Positions 60,745 through 64,000 of a stretch of 64,000 nt of DNA are shown piece after piece (the first letter of the stretch is position 1; each line of letters starts with the position of its first letter). The notes under the pieces are model-generated. The model made no database searches, was not told the DNA's origin, and saw nothing but the letters and a program-made list of their open reading frames with translations. Origin of the DNA: Promethearchaeota archaeon (GTDB lineage: Archaea; Asgardarchaeota; Lokiarchaeia; Sigyniarchaeales; SOKP01); contig JAHLWS010000071.1 of the NCBI GenBank assembly GCA_019057795.1, forward strand, positions 65,648 through 129,647, read 5' to 3'. The position numbers and the translations under genes were made by a program.

Positions 60745-61845
60745 TTATAAAGAAAAATTAGAAAGAAAAGTTTTTTGTACGGTTCGCGGGTTTGCTTTCT
60801 GCGTTTCGAAATAGTCTCGGCACTTATCGAAATTCGCAAGTAGCTTGGCTAAATTGTTTTGTACTCTTTCCCTATTTAAATAATGTTCTTCGCACAATAA
60901 AGAAAGAGTTTGTTGTTCGTTGGGAAAGTTCCAATTTAAACTAGGGTACTGAGTAATAACTTCGGGTAGCAAAAATATTTTTCTAACTTCTGCAATCAAT
61001 TCATGAGTAAGGGAAGAAAAATCGTAGTTTTTTTTTTCCTGGTAAATTACATTTTCCAAATTTTTGTGGTTTTTAACGAACTTATAGGCGTGTTTCGGTC
61101 CAATTTTTCTGATCCCCGGAAAATAGTCGTTTCCAATAAGGATTCCTATGTCGACGAGTTGGAACTGGTCGATTCCTAATCGCTTTAAATTTGCTTTCAG
61201 GTTGATTACCACAGGTACGACCTTTTGGTATTTCCAACGCCCTTGTACCTTCCTTCTTAGCGATTTCGAGAGGTTCTGAAGTTGTCTCGGGCACTCGAAC
61301 AGTAGGGAATCGAAATCCTGGGAGTTGGAATAATGAGCGACCTTATCCTTGACCAGTTGGGCGCATTGAGATTCTGCCGAAGCGGGAGAACTTATACAAG
61401 GGATCCCTAAAGCTCCTAAGAGCTGTTTCGATTCTTTGATGATATTAGGCCATAGATACTCTCTGGACATCGCGATTTTTTTTGCGTTTTCCCTGTTCCC
61501 GGAACGAAGCATCGATCGATACAAATTTTGCGTGAAAATAAAATCGTTAAGTCGGTCTTTCGTTTTTAACTTCTTGAGCTCTGAGTCGAGTCCGTCGAAG
61601 CAGAATATCGGGAAAATCTTCTTGGAGTAGTAAAAGTTAATCCTGTACAACAAACTGTAGAGGTGAGATATCGGTCTTTGGGTTCGATCTAAGATTAGCC
61701 CAGCGCGAGAGCCGTCTGGGTTTTTTCGGGCGAAGTTAAATAAGCTCATAACTATGTTTGGGGCGTCTATTGCCAAAATTTTACCAGCTAACTCGGAAAA
61801 TTCGATTTTATTTCGGACAATGAGCTCTTGAAGTTTAACTCCCAT
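60745..61845 (-). CDS. fen: Flap endonuclease 1-like protein (divergent)
   Basis: MGV, AIDA, SHL..LYR, FDG, AESQ, SQDFD, GNDY.PG..IGPK, PIP-like QKTFLSNF. Confidence 0.88.
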   Translation of the reverse strand: MGVKLQELIVRNKIEFSELAGKILAIDAPNIVMSLFNFARKNPDGSRAGLILDRTQRPISHLYSLLYRINFYYSKKIFPIFCFDGLDSELKKLKTKDRLNDFIFTQNLYRSMLRSGNRENAKKIAMSREYLWPNIIKESKQLLGALGIPCISSPASAESQCAQLVKDKVAHYSNSQDFDSLLFECPRQLQNLSKSLRRKVQGRWKYQKVVPVVINLKANLKRLGIDQFQLVDIGILIGNDYFPGIRKIGPKHAYKFVKNHKNLENVIYQEKKNYDFSSLTHELIAEVRKIFLLPEVITQYPSLNWNFPNEQQTLSLLCEEHYLNRERVQNNLAKLLANFDKCRDYFETQKANPRTVQKTFLSNFSL

Positions 61846-62055
61846 ACAATCTATTTAAACGGGTTTTATAAAAAGAAAAAAAGCTTAAAATTAATACTTA
61901 TTTACCCCCAAAGTGATGTTTTTTACTCCTTTTTCTCAATTTTTACCAGTAATATTCTTGAAACCATTTATATACAAAAAAATATATTATTAACACAGTT
62001 ATTGACATTGGAATCTTTTCTTAATTTAAAAAATAAAATGGTGGAATAATAAACA

Positions 62056-62427
62056 ATGGAAAATAAAGATTCGATTATATTGTGCTATATTGGTGGAATT
62101 CTAATGGTACTAAATCCTATTGGTTTAATGATTTTAGATTTCACCTTTTATTCTTATTCGTTAGATTATGAAAGTACTGAAATGTTTAATTTTGTACTTT
62201 TTCTAATTACAGGGTTTTTAATTATAATTGGAGGAATTGCAGTTATTTATGGTGCTTTTATTATAGCGAAGGATCGTTCCAGATTAGGGATTAAAATTAT
62301 TAGAGTTGCTGTTCTTATTATTGTGATATTTCTCTCAGCCTTCATGAGTCTATTTAGTATCTTAGGTTTAACCCTTACGGTTATTGCCTACCGGAGCTTA
62401 GACAAATATTACAAAAGTCCGAGATGA
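62056..62427 (+). CDS. Small multi-TM membrane protein
   Basis: 3-4 hydrophobic segments. Confidence 0.65.
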   Translation: MENKDSIILCYIGGILMVLNPIGLMILDFTFYSYSLDYESTEMFNFVLFLITGFLIIIGGIAVIYGAFIIAKDRSRLGIKIIRVAVLIIVIFLSAFMSLFSILGLTLTVIAYRSLDKYYKSPR

Positions 62428-62463
62428 TCCCTTCTTCGAATCTAATTTACCGAATAGATGGAA

Positions 62464-63252
62464 TCATTTTCCAAGTTTGATAGCGTCCTGAGGACAGACG
62501 TTAACACATCTATTACAATAATAACATAGCTCCTTTTTGCTATCTCGTTCTGCTTGATGAGTAGGACAAATCTTTTCACACAATCCACATTCATTGCAAT
62601 CTTCTGTTCTTATGTATTTATATTGGCTAAAACGACCTATTACAGAAGCTAATATTCCAAATGGACAGAGAAGTCTGCACCAAGGACGATATATAATAAA
62701 ACTTGCAATTGCTACTGTTATTAAGGAAATTCCGGGAATCAAAAACAGAGAGGCAAGTGGGTTGGTAAAAATTTTAAAGCCAGTGAAAGGGTTGATTATT
62801 TGTAGTAATGAAAAACTCCAAAAAATTGCTAATACGACTATAACTCCAAAGAAAATCCACCTTATAATAGTTGCGGTTTTAAGTGAAATATCGATTTTAT
62901 ATTTTACATCCTTTTGTTTTTTGATGCTTGACTTAAAATTAATTTTTGAAATTAATTCTTGTAATGCCCCCACTGGGCAAGCAAAACCACAAATTATGCG
63001 TCCAAATAAGAAAACCGTTAGTAATAATATTGATAATATTATTATCATGGGGAGTAGATTAATAATGTTACTACTCTCTCCAATAGCCGAAAGAATAGTT
63101 TGAATTGGTAAAACTGCATTAGGTACACCACCTAAGATAACGCCTCCAAGAAAGACTACGATTGTATAAATAATTAAGCTGTATTTTTTACTCAACTTGC
63201 CTTTGTTTATTAGGAGTAATGCTACGATAGATACAACAATCCATATTAACAT
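62464..63252 (-). CDS. Membrane polyferredoxin (NapH/YccM-like 4Fe-4S binding), possibly 5'-truncated
   Basis: GRIICGFACPVGALQE, RPWCRLLCPFG, two CxxCxxCxxxCP; upstream frame contains stops. Confidence 0.85.
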   Translation of the reverse strand: MLIWIVVSIVALLLINKGKLSKKYSLIIYTIVVFLGGVILGGVPNAVLPIQTILSAIGESSNIINLLPMIIILSILLLTVFLFGRIICGFACPVGALQELISKINFKSSIKKQKDVKYKIDISLKTATIIRWIFFGVIVVLAIFWSFSLLQIINPFTGFKIFTNPLASLFLIPGISLITVAIASFIIYRPWCRLLCPFGILASVIGRFSQYKYIRTEDCNECGLCEKICPTHQAERDSKKELCYYCNRCVNVCPQDAIKLGK

Positions 63253-63465
63253 GGGAAGTGCCGTAAGTAATTACCACCAAACTAACGAAACTACCACTAA
63301 AAAAGTGAAATTACACCCAAAAATTGTAAATCCCCAACAAGCAAACCCAAATTATTGGACAATACTATCAATTTCTTCATCATTCCCTTGTTAATACCAT
63401 AATCCAATTCCTAGAAAACTGTTCCAAGAATTGGGGCCAAAGCGTAAAAAACTATCCCAAAAAAT

Positions 63466-63498
63466 CCGGACTAATAGCTCTTTTAGTTTAACTCCCAT
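63466..63498 (-). pseudogene. Remnant duplicate of the FEN1 5' end (MGVKLKELLVR)
   Basis: 27/33 nt identical to 61813-61845. Confidence 0.8.
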
Positions 63499-63552
63499 AA
63501 AAACTGAAAATCTTTTAAAATTAATAAAGAAAAAAAAAGAGGGGCTAAGAAT

Positions 63553-63663
63553 TTAGAAAAATGGTAAAAACAAAATATTGTTTATAGTTAGCGCCAATGC
63601 CAATAAAAAAGAAATCGATATAGTACTGACCGAAACGAGCGCTATTTTCCATTTGTCACTCAT
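63553..63663 (-). CDS. Small hydrophobic ORF (36 aa), possibly truncated
   Basis: MSDKWKIALVSVSTISISFLLALALTINNILFLPFF*; GAGG upstream. Confidence 0.35.
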   Translation of the reverse strand: MSDKWKIALVSVSTISISFLLALALTINNILFLPFF

Positions 63664-64000
63664 CACATTGTTTTAACCTCTTATTTCGAAGTGGTTAGTA
63701 ACTAAATTAAATTAGTTTTTTATAAATGAAAAAAATGCTCTCAAAATTTTTGTTTATAAACAAATAAACAAATGAAGTATTATCAGAGTTAAAACAAAAA
63801 AGTATGAGTGATTTAATAGTTTGAAAAATAAAGGAGACAGGATAATAATTTACTCTCAGAAAAAAAACTAAATTTTTCACCAACTTTATCGACAAAAGGA
63901 ACTTAAAAATAAGCAACCGCTAAGTTTATATTTGTGAAAAACATAATTATATTTAAGTATGCCAGTATCTGTATCGAAATATTTACCTCGCAATAAAGGA

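Noticed and set aside
1-64000. CRISPR arrays, tRNA/rRNA genes, integrases/transposases
   Set aside because: None recognised by eye; a tRNAscan/Infernal/CRISPR scan would be needed to exclude them formally.

Overview
AT-rich archaeal chromosomal segment, most consistent with an Asgard archaeon of the Lokiarchaeia type. This assignment is inferred from Rab-like and MglA/Roadblock GTPase systems, longin domains, a Loki-CTERM-like tail, archaeal FEN1/RPA and a CDP-alcohol phosphatidyltransferase. Housekeeping and metabolic genes include purD, a GH116 glycosidase, a corrinoid/UroD-family methyltransferase operon, M32 carboxypeptidase, acyl-CoA ligase, amidase, TrmJ, UvrD, PhzF, an MFS transporter, gpmA and acyl-CoA dehydrogenase. 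I saw no rRNA, tRNA or CRISPR array. Signals missed by the ORF track: (1) two small gene cassettes, each bracketed by a ~32-bp diverged duplicate of a conserved gene end (purD 3' end; FEN1 5' end), suggesting homology-anchored DNA uptake; (2) a cluster of a FEN1 paralog, an RPA paralog, a CoiA-like nuclease, MglAB, a longin and a TFB-like protein that could be a DNA-uptake/processing system; (3) a split three-unit membrane/beta-helix module resembling the Pls/PosA C-terminal domains; (4) several genes that need non-canonical start codons; (5) an in-frame stop in a Rab-like gene and a frameshifted MglB; (6) a 24-bp inverted motif flanking uvrD; (7) a triple-hairpin element; (8) a plasmid/virus-like remnant, several unannotated small ORFs and pseudogene scars. 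All family assignments are by eye from motifs; no searches were run.
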